Below, piece after piece: positions 1 through 9,114 of a DNA stretch of 64,000 nucleotides (its first letter is position 1; every line of letters begins with the position of its first letter). Location of the stretch: positions 38,605 through 102,604 of the forward strand of contig JAYEOW010000007.1 in the NCBI GenBank assembly GCA_034723395.1, read 5' to 3'. The position numbers and the translations under genes were made by a program. The stretch comes from Candidatus Margulisiibacteriota bacterium (GTDB taxonomy: Bacteria; Margulisbacteria; WOR-1; O2-12-FULL-45-9). The notes beneath the pieces were generated by a model. That model was not told the DNA's origin. It did no database searches and was given only the letters and a program-made list of their open reading frames with translations.

Positions 1-2
1 CT

Positions 3-800
3 GTTCTTGGCAAAGCAAATGAAGAAGCTTCAGGAGGGAAAGTTGAAGCGTACATTTACGAAAAGTTAACGAGACGTTTTGAAACTTTAAATAGCATAGT
101 CAGTTATGTTTTTCACGCTAAACCAAGCACTTTCAATTTGTCGGAACTTATAAAGAAATTTACATCTGAGCCTGGTTTGAAAAGAAGTATAGATAAATGC
201 TATGAGATAATCGCTTATGCATTGTTTAATGCTCTTATTGTTTTCCTTGAGGCAATGGCTACATTAGAAATCCCAACAAAAAACCGGAAATTACTTAGTG
301 AATTCGAGGATTTTGCTAAAACTGTTTTGAATTTATCAGTTGATCAGCCTTCCATTAGCGTTCCTGCATGTGTTTACCGCACTGGCGTTACAAATGCTGC
401 TGATAGGGGACTAGATATTTGGTCAAATTTTGGTCCAGCAATACAAATAAAACATGTGACTTTGGATGAAGAGTCAGCTACAGGCATTGCTTGCCAAGTT
501 GCTGAGAATGCTAAAATAATTGTTGTTTGTAAAAAGACAGATCGCAAGACCATTCACAGTTTACTTAGTCAACTTGGCCTATCAAAAAAGATACAAGGAG
601 TGGTCACTCAAAATGACTTGGAGGATTGGTATAATAAGTGTCTAAAAGGCAAATATGCCGACACAATAGGCCGTGAGGTTCTGCAGATATTAAAAGCTGA
701 ATTTATATTAGAGTTTCCTTCTACCGGCAACGCCCTAACGGCTCTTATAAAAGAGCGTAAATATGACAAGATAAAACTTCAGGTTCCTTGGCGTGTTTGA
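3..800 (+). CDS. HaeII-family type II restriction endonuclease (5' partial)
   Basis: Frame is open from position 3 (VLGKANEE...), so the gene starts before the window. YRTGVTNAADRGLDIWSNFGPAIQIKH resembles the HaeII family; adjacent to vsr. Confidence 0.75.
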   Translation, partial: VLGKANEEASGGKVEAYIYEKLTRRFETLNSIVSYVFHAKPSTFNLSELIKKFTSEPGLKRSIDKCYEIIAYALFNALIVFLEAMATLEIPTKNRKLLSEFEDFAKTVLNLSVDQPSISVPACVYRTGVTNAADRGLDIWSNFGPAIQIKHVTLDEESATGIACQVAENAKIIVVCKKTDRKTIHSLLSQLGLSKKIQGVVTQNDLEDWYNKCLKGKYADTIGREVLQILKAEFILEFPSTGNALTALIKERKYDKIKLQVPWRV

Positions 801-1213
801 TGGTGGACACATTCAGTAAGAAAAAACGATCTTCTATTATGCGAGCGGTCCGGTCCCGCGGGAATAAATCCACTGAACTTAAATTTAAGAAAGCTTTAAG
901 AAAAGCAAGTATAAAAGGATGGCGAAGTCATCCTAAATTGAGTTGTGCTCCAGATTTTGCTTTTCAAAATGGGAAAATAGCTATATTTATTGATGGGTGT
1001 TTTTGGCATGGGTGTAAAAAGCATCTTAGACTTCCAAAGTCCAATGTCTCTTATTGGAAAGCTAAAATCAGTAGAAATATTAATAGGGATAAGATTGCTA
1101 GCAAAACTTTAAGGGGACAAGGATGGAAAGTGTTAAGAATATGGGAACATACGGTTAATAGTAATAAAGCTTTGCAGAAGTGGCTAGATAAAAATAGAAC
1201 GATTTTACGATAA
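800..1213 (+). CDS. vsr: Very short patch repair endonuclease Vsr
   Basis: MVDTFSKKKRSSIMRAVRSRGNKSTE, PDF, FIDGCFWHGC, YWKAKISRNINRD, GWKVLRIWEH. ATG at 800 overlaps the upstream TGA. Confidence 0.95.
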   Translation: MVDTFSKKKRSSIMRAVRSRGNKSTELKFKKALRKASIKGWRSHPKLSCAPDFAFQNGKIAIFIDGCFWHGCKKHLRLPKSNVSYWKAKISRNINRDKIASKTLRGQGWKVLRIWEHTVNSNKALQKWLDKNRTILR

Positions 1214-1232
1214 TTTTATTTGCCCCTATTTT

Positions 1233-1910
1233 TTATCCCGCCTTATGGTTTTTTTGAATGTTTTTGATTGTTCTAGTAGATTCCCGATCAGCGCGCGCTA
1301 TTAATTTATTTGCAAGACTTTCATTTTTTTTGTCCGCGCTTGCATAGATAAGAATAAAGTTATTAGGCAAAAAGAAATCGTCAAAAAGTGGAATTTGTTG
1401 AGTATTATAACTTTCAATTTTATCATAATTGCTATCAACAATAAGAGCAACTTTTGATCCTTTTTTGAATTCTGGGTATTTTAGTAGCAAGTCAATCCAT
1501 GCTTTCCAGCCAAAAATCTCTGCATTTTTCTTTGCGTTTTTGAATGTGCAACTTGCAAATGGTCTATATTCAGCGATATTTTCATTTATTATACATTGAA
1601 TAACACTTGTTACGGATATGTGTTCATTCCCAATGGTTTGAGTATTAGTATCAACTGCAAATATGTAATCAAAACTCAATAAATTTATTACCGCGTTAAA
1701 ATCAATGATATTATTTGAAGAAATTTTAAAAAGGGTCTTGGGAGATTTTTTTCTTTTATGCTGGCTGCTCACGGTCATTTTTTTAAAGGGAATTTTCTCC
1801 CCATCGTGAAAAGCTTCGATGATTCCGGTTTTTTTGTTTACTCTTATTCCATTAATTATCGTTTTTGCTTCAAGATTAAATTCAATTTTTAATTGTCTTT
1901 CTTTTTTCAC
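1233..1910 (-). CDS. Hypothetical protein, possible RNase H-like nuclease fold
   Basis: 225-aa AT-rich ORF; acidic motifs IFAVDTN, NAEIFGW, LIVDS, IARAD. Fold is inference only. Confidence 0.55.
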   Translation of the reverse strand: MKKERQLKIEFNLEAKTIINGIRVNKKTGIIEAFHDGEKIPFKKMTVSSQHKRKKSPKTLFKISSNNIIDFNAVINLLSFDYIFAVDTNTQTIGNEHISVTSVIQCIINENIAEYRPFASCTFKNAKKNAEIFGWKAWIDLLLKYPEFKKGSKVALIVDSNYDKIESYNTQQIPLFDDFFLPNNFILIYASADKKNESLANKLIARADRESTRTIKNIQKNHKAG

Positions 1911-1985
1911 TTATATATGCTCACAATTCCTATTTTGTAAATTATATTTATAAATAGAAAATCCGCTCCCAGCTTTCCCATTTTA

Positions 1986-2015
1986 GCCCTTCGACTCGCT
2001 ACGCTCGCTCAGGAC
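1986..2015. repeat. REP-like palindrome, family CC(T)TCGACTC..GCTC(A/G)GG
   Basis: gcccttcgactcgctacgctcgctcaggac; related copies at 24969, 36644 and (reverse) 61210. Confidence 0.7.
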
Positions 2016-2138
2016 ATGCATTTTTTCGCCTATTCCTGCTTTGTCAGCTGAAAGCGGACTGCAGTTTTTTGCGTTGTCATACAAATGGTCGAAAACCGCT
2101 GAGCGTATGGTAACTCTATTTAAGAAAGCTCATTGTTT

Positions 2139-2180
2139 TTACACTACAAATATGTTAAAATCTGGATTTGTAGTGTAAGA
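2139..2180. promoter_or_regulatory. 13-bp inverted repeat TTACACTACAAAT/ATTTGTAGTGTAA enclosing an extended -10 (TGtTAAAAT); left boundary site of the NTase cassette
   Basis: Arms 2139-2151 and 2166-2178; second copy at 3160-3200. Confidence 0.8.
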
Positions 2181-2192
2181 TGGGAGGTTGAA

Positions 2193-2498
2193 ATGAAAGT
2201 TCTAAAGGGAATTTTAAAAGAGAGTAGGGAATACTATAAACAAACGGAAGCCGAAATAGTGAGAAGGCTATCTCATTTGCCAAAGGGGAGCATAAAGCGA
2301 CGTAAGATAAACCAACGCGTCTATTATTATCTTCAGTACAGGAAAGGACCTAAGGTTGTCCATAAATACCTTGGTAAGAATAAACCTCTTGATCTAGCCA
2401 GGAGATTAAAAGAACGTTCCAGCTTGGAAAAGGAGCTTAAAAAAGTAAGGAGCTCATTAGAATTACTGAAAAGGACAAAGAGAAGAAAAAGGCAATGA
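2193..2498 (+). CDS. Small basic protein (DUF6788-like), putative antitoxin/DNA-binding partner
   Basis: SD GGAGG then ATG 2193; LPKGSIKRRKINQRVYYYLQYRKGPKVVHKYLGK; ATGA-coupled to the next gene. Confidence 0.65.
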   Translation: MKVLKGILKESREYYKQTEAEIVRRLSHLPKGSIKRRKINQRVYYYLQYRKGPKVVHKYLGKNKPLDLARRLKERSSLEKELKKVRSSLELLKRTKRRKRQ

Positions 2499-3178
2499 TA
2501 GAGATTGTAAAAAAGATTCTGAAAGTCTTTGATGAAAACCATTTATGGGATAGAGGTATTGAGCTAATCGGTAGTTGGTGTTTTATTTTATATCAGAAGC
2601 ATTTTGGAGTAAAACCCTTCCCTTTGAGAACAGTTGATATTGATTTTCTTATTCCTCTGCCTTATAAAGCTAAAGAGAAAATAGATTTAATCGGTTTGCT
2701 TGAACCGCTCGGTTTTAAAACCGGCTTCAATTCTGATGGTTCGATATATCTTTGGAGTGCTGATCTTAAAATAGAATTTTTGACTGCTGAAAGAGGCAGA
2801 GGCACAGATAAGGCTAAAGAAATTAAGAATCTTTCTCTAAAAGCGATTCCTTTAAGATTTGTTGATATGCTATTCAAAAATCCGGTCCTGGTTAAAGAAG
2901 AAGGCGTTAAGATCTCAATTCCAAATCCCGCGGTCTTTGCTGTACATAAAATCTTGATCTCTGATAGAAGAAAGAAGCCAGAAAAGAAGCATAAAGATTT
3001 AGAACAAGCATTACATGTCTTAGAAGCAATAGACTTAGATGACGTCAAACATATTTATCATACGTTTCCTAAAACTTGGAGGAAATCGATCCTGGACTCT
3101 TTGCAAAATAGCGTTCGGATATTTCCTTTAAGAAAAGAGCTTATTCAAAAAGTGCTCTCTACACTACAACATGAATAA
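2495..3178 (+). CDS. GSU2403-family nucleotidyltransferase-fold protein
   Basis: LIGSW..Y, LRTVDIDF, IEFLT, IPNPAVFAVHKILIS, KKHKDLEQA motifs. Confidence 0.8.
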   Translation: MIEIVKKILKVFDENHLWDRGIELIGSWCFILYQKHFGVKPFPLRTVDIDFLIPLPYKAKEKIDLIGLLEPLGFKTGFNSDGSIYLWSADLKIEFLTAERGRGTDKAKEIKNLSLKAIPLRFVDMLFKNPVLVKEEGVKISIPNPAVFAVHKILISDRRKKPEKKHKDLEQALHVLEAIDLDDVKHIYHTFPKTWRKSILDSLQNSVRIFPLRKELIQKVLSTLQHE

Positions 3179-3200
3179 ATCTTGCCAATGTAGTGTAAGA
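3160..3200. repeat. Second copy of TACACTACA-N20-TGTAGTGTAAGA; right boundary of the NTase cassette
   Basis: Arms 3160-3168 and 3189-3197, same 20-nt spacing as 2140-2177. Confidence 0.8.
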
Positions 3201-3222
3201 ATTCATTAAAGGAAAGGAAAAT

Positions 3223-4239
3223 ATGCTCCGCTATTTCATTAAAACTTACGGATGTCAAATGAATAAAAGTGATAGCGAGATTTACGCGTCGATCTTGAGC
3301 CAGGCTGGTTATGCTCAGGCTAAATCTGAGAAAGACGCGGATTTGATCCTGGTTAATACTTGTGCGGTTAGGCAAACCGCGGAAGACCGGGCGCTCTGGT
3401 ACCTTACCTCGCAAAAAAACCGCAAGGCTAAAATAATTTTTGCCGGTTGTATCGCCGCGCTCGAAAACTTTCCCAAAGAAGACTATCCGCATGTCGATCT
3501 CTTTATGAATCCGCGCGAGTTTGATCGATTAGCATTGTTTTTAGGGCTAAACCGATTTGAGTTCAGCCCCCTCCGGACCGAAAAGGATGTCGCCTGGGTG
3601 GCGGCGATCGAGGGATGCAATAATTTCTGCTCATATTGTATCGTCCCTTATGTTCGCGGAAGGGAGAGGAGCCGGCCACTGCCCGAAATAATAGAGGAGA
3701 TCAGGAAGATCGATAAGAATAAGTATTCGGAAGTGGTTTTACTTGGCCAGAATATCAACGCCTACGCGGAGGGGCTTTCTAAGCTGCTTAAGGAAGTTTC
3801 AAAAATAGACGGGATCGAAAAGATCCGTTTCCTGACCGCCCATCCGCGCGATTTTTCGGATGATATTATCTATGCGGTAAGGGACCTGCCGAAAGTCGTC
3901 CCTGAATTCCACCTGCCGATCCAGCATGGGGATGACGAGATCCTGGAAAAGATGAACCGCGGATACACTGTTGAATATTACTTAAATTTGATCGCAAAAA
4001 TTAAAAAAGAAGTTCCGGAGGCTCGCTTTTCGACCGATCTGATCGTCGGTTTTCCCGGGGAGACCGAAGAGCAATTTCAAAATTCTCTTTCGGTCATTAA
4101 AAAAGTAAAATTTTATCATGTTAACATGGCGGCTTATTCAGAAAGGACCGGGACTAAGGCCGCGGAGATGAAAGATATGCTGCCTCAAGAAGTCAGGCAG
4201 GAGCGTTTGCAAAGGATAATTGCAGTAGTAAAAGGTTAG
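3223..4239 (+). CDS. miaB: tRNA methylthiotransferase MiaB-like, lacking the C-terminal TRAM domain
   Basis: TYGCQMN, NTCAVR, AGC, GCNNFCSYCIVPYVRGRERSR, DLIVGFPGET; only 338 aa. Confidence 0.85.
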   Translation: MLRYFIKTYGCQMNKSDSEIYASILSQAGYAQAKSEKDADLILVNTCAVRQTAEDRALWYLTSQKNRKAKIIFAGCIAALENFPKEDYPHVDLFMNPREFDRLALFLGLNRFEFSPLRTEKDVAWVAAIEGCNNFCSYCIVPYVRGRERSRPLPEIIEEIRKIDKNKYSEVVLLGQNINAYAEGLSKLLKEVSKIDGIEKIRFLTAHPRDFSDDIIYAVRDLPKVVPEFHLPIQHGDDEILEKMNRGYTVEYYLNLIAKIKKEVPEARFSTDLIVGFPGETEEQFQNSLSVIKKVKFYHVNMAAYSERTGTKAAEMKDMLPQEVRQERLQRIIAVVKG

Positions 4240-4289
4240 TGTTAGAATAACTTTGTCTAAAAGCCCGGTCCTTAAAGGAGAATGAATTA

Positions 4290-5234
4290 ATGGCAAATTC
4301 TGAGTTGCGTGTTTTCTACGGTAATTCCCATCCTGAAATAGGGGAGAAGATTATTAAATATCTCAAACTTAATCCGGGCAAGATCAAGGTTTCACGTTTT
4401 GCCGGTGGAGAGATCTACACCCGACTCCTCGAAAATATCCGGGGGCAAAGCTGCGTTATCGTCCAGACCTGCACCGAGAAAGTAAACGAGGACCTGATCG
4501 AACTTTTTATTGTTATCGACGCGATGAAGCGGGCTTCGGCCAAGACCATTACCGTCGTTATTCCTCATTTTGGCTACGCAAGGCAGGACCGGAAGGCCGC
4601 CTCGCGGGAGCCGATCTCGGCCAGGTTGATCGCCAATTTATTAGAAACTGCCGGAGCTGACCGGGTGGTTACCGTCGACCTGCACTCCGACCAGATCCAG
4701 GGATTTTTTAATATCCCGGTCGATACCCTTACCGCGATGCCCCTTTTTGAAGACTATATAAATTTAAAAAGCCTGGATGATATTGTTGTGGTCGCGCCGG
4801 ATACCGGCCGGGCTAAGGTTGCAAAAAAACTGGCCGATCGGATCGGCGCTGAACTGGCGATCTTGCATAAAGTCCGTGCCGAACACCATAAATCGGCGGT
4901 TACCCACGTGGTCGGTGACGTCAAAGGAAAAACCGTAGTTATTACTGACGATATGATCGATACCGCGGGAACGATAACTAATGGGGTGGATGCATTGCGC
5001 AAAGAGGGCTGCAATAAAGATATTTATGTGATGGCAACCCACGCGCTTTTGAACGGTCCGGCGGTCGAGCGGATGAAAAAAGCGAACTTTAAAGAGGTCG
5101 TCGTTACCAATTCGGTGCCAATCCCAAAGGAGAAGCAGTTTAAGGGATTAACGGTCCTTCCCGCTGAAGAGCTCTTGGGTGAAGCGATCCAGCGCAACTA
5201 CGGGAACAAGTCGATCTCATCCCTTTTTGACTAG
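4290..5234 (+). CDS. prs: Ribose-phosphate pyrophosphokinase
   Basis: FGYARQDRK, DLHSDQIQGFF, DDMIDTAGT. Confidence 0.97.
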   Translation: MANSELRVFYGNSHPEIGEKIIKYLKLNPGKIKVSRFAGGEIYTRLLENIRGQSCVIVQTCTEKVNEDLIELFIVIDAMKRASAKTITVVIPHFGYARQDRKAASREPISARLIANLLETAGADRVVTVDLHSDQIQGFFNIPVDTLTAMPLFEDYINLKSLDDIVVVAPDTGRAKVAKKLADRIGAELAILHKVRAEHHKSAVTHVVGDVKGKTVVITDDMIDTAGTITNGVDALRKEGCNKDIYVMATHALLNGPAVERMKKANFKEVVVTNSVPIPKEKQFKGLTVLPAEELLGEAIQRNYGNKSISSLFD

Positions 5235-5235
5235 C

Positions 5236-6486
5236 ATGGTGAAAAAGATACAAATCGGCGTAATTGGTCTTGGGAATATCGGATCTTCGGTGGCGGAAGT
5301 GTTGCGGAAGAACCGGAACACAATCCTCGAAGGATCCGGAGTAGACCTTAAAATTAAAAAGGTTTGCGATTCCCGCCGAATAAAAACTTCACTCCCTTTT
5401 ACCACTGACGCAAATGCGGTCATTAATGATCCCGATATTTCGGTCGTAGTTGAAACGATCGGCGGGACAAAACCGGCGCTTAAATTCATTTTAGCCGCTT
5501 TGAACAAAGGCAAACATGTTGTTACTCCAAATAAAGAGGTAATCGCAAAACATATGCCGGAGATCCTGGCGGCTGCCCGGAAAAACCGGGTCAAAGTTAT
5601 GTTCGAAGGGGCGGTTGGTGGCGGGATTCCGATCATCCAGCCACTTAAAGAAAGTTTGTCAGCTAATCAAATCTCCGAAGTTTACGGGATCGTAAACGGG
5701 ACGACAAATTATATCCTTTCTAAAATGGATGAAGAAGGGATGGAGTTCTCCGAAGCCCTGAAAAAGGCGCAGGAGAAGGGTTATGCCGAACCGGACCCTA
5801 CTGCTGATATTCAAGGCTATGACGCTTTATATAAGACGGTGATCCTTGCGTCGCTCGCTTTTGGCGTTAAAGTTAGTTGCAAAGATGTTTATTGTGAAGG
5901 GATTACAAAGATATCGCAGGAAGATCTTCAATATGCGAAGGATATCGGATATTCGGTTAAATTGCTGTCGATCTCCAGAATAGTCGATGGTCGAATTGAA
6001 CTTAGGGTTCATCCTGCGCTGATTTCCAAGGATCATCCTTTGTCGGCAGTATCGGAAAACTTTAATGCGATTTGCGTAAAAGGAAAACCGATCGGACAGG
6101 TCATGTTTTACGGTCCGGGCGCCGGTGGCGGGCCGACTGCTTCGGCGATAATCTCTGATATTATCCATATTGCGAAAAGACCAAAGACCCAAGACCGAAG
6201 GCTAAAGGCCGCAAAGATAAGAAAGATCGGTGATATCGCGAGCCGTTACTATATCCGGATGCAGGTTGCCGATAAATTCGGGGTATTGGCGATAATCTCC
6301 AGGATATTTGCCCGGAAAAAGGTGAGTATCGATGCGGTGATCCAAAAAGAGACCACCGGGAATGTCGCCACATTGGTAGTCCTGGCGCATAAGGTCGCGG
6401 AAAAGAATATTAAAGCTGCGTTAAAATTAATCGAAAAACTCTCGGTGGTAAAGAAAGTATGCAACGTAATTCGAATAGTTTCATAA
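5236..6486 (+). CDS. hom: Homoserine dehydrogenase with C-terminal ACT domain
   Basis: GLGNIG, FEGAVGGGIPII, GIVNGTTNYIL, GYAEPDPTADI, YGPGAGGGPTASA. Confidence 0.96.
   Translation: MVKKIQIGVIGLGNIGSSVAEVLRKNRNTILEGSGVDLKIKKVCDSRRIKTSLPFTTDANAVINDPDISVVVETIGGTKPALKFILAALNKGKHVVTPNKEVIAKHMPEILAAARKNRVKVMFEGAVGGGIPIIQPLKESLSANQISEVYGIVNGTTNYILSKMDEEGMEFSEALKKAQEKGYAEPDPTADIQGYDALYKTVILASLAFGVKVSCKDVYCEGITKISQEDLQYAKDIGYSVKLLSISRIVDGRIELRVHPALISKDHPLSAVSENFNAICVKGKPIGQVMFYGPGAGGGPTASAIISDIIHIAKRPKTQDRRLKAAKIRKIGDIASRYYIRMQVADKFGVLAIISRIFARKKVSIDAVIQKETTGNVATLVVLAHKVAEKNIKAALKLIEKLSVVKKVCNVIRIVS
6176..6210 (+). repeat. Five degenerate 7-mer tandem repeats inside hom
   Basis: AAAGACC AAAGACC CAAGACC GAAGGCT AAAGGCC. 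Confidence 0.7.
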
Positions 6487-7184
6487 TTTTTTTCCTCTTC
6501 CTTTTCCTCTTCCTTTCCCCTGCCCATGCCCAAACTGTTTTCGGCAGAAAACTAACCATTGGCGGCCAGTACGCGGGCGGGAATACCCGCCTCAACTCGC
6601 TTCACTTCGAATATTATCTTAACCGAAACAGGAAGCTGACCGACGAACTGACCACCAAAGGGAGCCTCGACTACGAATCAAATGATGGGGTGGATACGGT
6701 TTTCAAAGCTTATACTTTCCTTCGCTATGCCTATTCGATGGGCGATGACCTTTATCATTTCTACAAGCTGGAGATGGAGCACGATCGTTTTCAGGATGTC
6801 GACCTGCGATTGATCCCGACGATCGGGATCGGTTATTGGTTCCGTAATGATGATACTTTCCGTTTCACGATCGAAGGGGCGATTGGTTACCAGAGGAATT
6901 ATCTGCTTAACAGCGTAGCGGATGAGATGGTCGTATTAAAGCTAAGCACGTTCTTTATGCTTTGGGCATTCTCGAACGATTTTGATGTTTTTGTCGATAC
7001 GGCGGACCTTAATAATTTCCGCTTTGTAAACGAGATGACCTATAAGATTAAATTAAACACCCATTACGCTTTTAAATGGATGTTTAAGAATGAGTTTAAT
7101 AACCGGCCGGCCGCGGGAATCCAGAAGAATGATCTTAGAACTACCCTTGGCCTCGAGTACGCGTTTAAGAAAACTGTCGAATAG
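6459..7184 (+). CDS. DUF481-family outer-membrane beta-barrel protein
   Basis: Signal peptide ending AHA; GGNT, EHDRFQDVDLR, GIGYW, NNRPAAGIQKND, LGLEYAF. Confidence 0.8.
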   Translation: MQRNSNSFIIFFLFLFLFLSPAHAQTVFGRKLTIGGQYAGGNTRLNSLHFEYYLNRNRKLTDELTTKGSLDYESNDGVDTVFKAYTFLRYAYSMGDDLYHFYKLEMEHDRFQDVDLRLIPTIGIGYWFRNDDTFRFTIEGAIGYQRNYLLNSVADEMVVLKLSTFFMLWAFSNDFDVFVDTADLNNFRFVNEMTYKIKLNTHYAFKWMFKNEFNNRPAAGIQKNDLRTTLGLEYAFKKTVE

Positions 7185-7224
7185 AGAGTTGAAATATTCT
7201 GTGATAAAAGCTATTATTTTCAGG

Positions 7225-9102
7225 ATGTATAGAAGATCCCTAGCGCTCTTTATCCTTATCTTGTTCAGCGCCATCGCCTTTGGTGATCTTAAGATTGCCA
7301 ACGACCCTGCCACTGTTGGTATTGGCGCCCGCGCTCTGGGGATGGGCGGGGTAATGCTTAATTTTTCCGATATCTCTTCTTTAATGGGTAATCCCGCGGC
7401 ATTAGCTGAAATAGACACTAGCCAATATACCATGATGGCGGGGAGATTTATCAATGATGTCGATTATTTAAGCGTTGGCGGGATAATCCCATCTCCCTGG
7501 GGTGTTGTGGGCGTTACCTATCTTAACAGCCAACTAACTTATACCGGACCAAGCGTGACTACCGAGGTTGTTGATGGGATAAGGATTCTTCCTTCGACCA
7601 CCGAAGTTTCAACCGATACATACCGTAATTCCGGTATTTACCTGTCGTTCAGTAAAGCGGCGGAAGAGTTGACCGATATCGATCTCCTGAAAAAGGTTTC
7701 ACTGGGCGGTACCTTGAAGATCTTTTCGCAGCAGATCGTCGCCCCCGGAGCGAACGGGGATGCGTCGGGTTATGAGATCGATCTGGGGATGCAGTACAAA
7801 GTAAATTCCTGGATGAAATACTCGTTGGTCGGGAAAAATGTCCTCCCGGCGGCGATGGGGGGGAAGCTTACCTGGTCAACCGGGAGAGAAGAATCCTATC
7901 CATACTATATCCGGACGGGGATCGAGATGGATTTTGGCCAGGACATAAAGATCGCAAATGTTGAGGCGAATTCTTTGTCGGTTGGAATGGAGTATGATTA
8001 TCGTCCGCAGGGGAATGCCCCGAATCTGCTGCACTATGGTTTGGAGTGGGGGATCGGGGATATTTTGGATATCAGGTTTGGGCAGGACCAGGGATACATT
8101 GGGCAGGGTGGGACTTCGGTCTTTGATGTGGCGAACAACTTGACCTACGGGGTTGGTGTAACCTACAAGGGTTGGAGATTTGATTATGCCTTCCACGAAT
8201 ACTATGATGACTCGGAAAATAATACCAGTTATTTTTCGCTTACTTATGGGATACCCTATGCCAAAAAACTAAAACCTTCGGAACGGATAAGATTCAGTCC
8301 GGGTGACAGATCGGTCGTTGATAAAGCCAGAGTAGATCTTATTGGGGTAATTATTGACAAAAATATTAAGCATGTTTTCATCAAAGATGAATATTTGGAT
8401 ATTGTCAAAGGTTCAGCGGTCGGAGAGCTCGAGCTGGAGCTCGGGAGGAACAGTTTTATTGTCCTGGGAATAGACGATAAGAGGAGAGAGATATTCAATC
8501 AAAAGCTCAGGATATTAAGATTGGTAGGGTTTAAAGATGTGGGGGAGGATTATTGGGCAAAGGATTCGATCGAACTGCTGGCTACTTTGGGATTGATCAA
8601 AGGTTACCCTGGTGATCTTTTTAAACCGGGAAAAGGGATTACTCGGGCTGAATTTGCAACCTTGCTTGCCAGGATTGCCGGCCGGGATAAATATAAACCA
8701 ACGGAAAAACTGCCATTCAAGGATTTGCCTGAAAAGCATTGGTCCTACAGTTCGGTTGCTTACGCGGTCGATGCCGGTTTGATGAAAGGATATCCGGAGG
8801 GGACGTTCAAGCCGAACAAAAAGATCTCCCGCGCGGAGGGGGTAGTGGTCATTGCCCGTTTTGCCGGGTTGGACCTAAACGCGGAAATTTATGAGATCCC
8901 TTTTAAGGATGTCCCGGGGCGCCACTGGGCGATCTACGGGATAAACGCGGCCAAGCTTGCGGGGCTATTAAGGCACCTTGAAGATAAATTTGAACCTAAG
9001 AAGGACCTTTCCAGGGCGGAAACCGCCGGGATCCTTTCGAATGTTGGCTTTATAAAAAAGAGGACCAGAGAACTTTTGGATTTTAATAAAGGATATAAGT
9101 AA
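7225..9102 (+). CDS. PorV/PorQ-like beta-barrel fused to an Ig-like linker and three SLH domains
   Basis: Signal peptide; GIGARALGMGG and NPAAL; barrel ends RFDYAF..YFSLTYG; SLH repeats FKDV..WA..GYPGDLFKP..ITRAE, GYPEGTFKP..ISRAE, LSRAE. Confidence 0.8.
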   Translation: MYRRSLALFILILFSAIAFGDLKIANDPATVGIGARALGMGGVMLNFSDISSLMGNPAALAEIDTSQYTMMAGRFINDVDYLSVGGIIPSPWGVVGVTYLNSQLTYTGPSVTTEVVDGIRILPSTTEVSTDTYRNSGIYLSFSKAAEELTDIDLLKKVSLGGTLKIFSQQIVAPGANGDASGYEIDLGMQYKVNSWMKYSLVGKNVLPAAMGGKLTWSTGREESYPYYIRTGIEMDFGQDIKIANVEANSLSVGMEYDYRPQGNAPNLLHYGLEWGIGDILDIRFGQDQGYIGQGGTSVFDVANNLTYGVGVTYKGWRFDYAFHEYYDDSENNTSYFSLTYGIPYAKKLKPSERIRFSPGDRSVVDKARVDLIGVIIDKNIKHVFIKDEYLDIVKGSAVGELELELGRNSFIVLGIDDKRREIFNQKLRILRLVGFKDVGEDYWAKDSIELLATLGLIKGYPGDLFKPGKGITRAEFATLLARIAGRDKYKPTEKLPFKDLPEKHWSYSSVAYAVDAGLMKGYPEGTFKPNKKISRAEGVVVIARFAGLDLNAEIYEIPFKDVPGRHWAIYGINAAKLAGLLRHLEDKFEPKKDLSRAETAGILSNVGFIKKRTRELLDFNKGYK

Positions 9103-9114
9103 AAGGGGGATAAA

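Noticed and set aside
1955..2115. Possible tRNA/att site or ncRNA at the island boundary
   Set aside because: No cloverleaf or recognisable motif beyond a REP hairpin and a weak TCCGCT/AGCGGA pairing.
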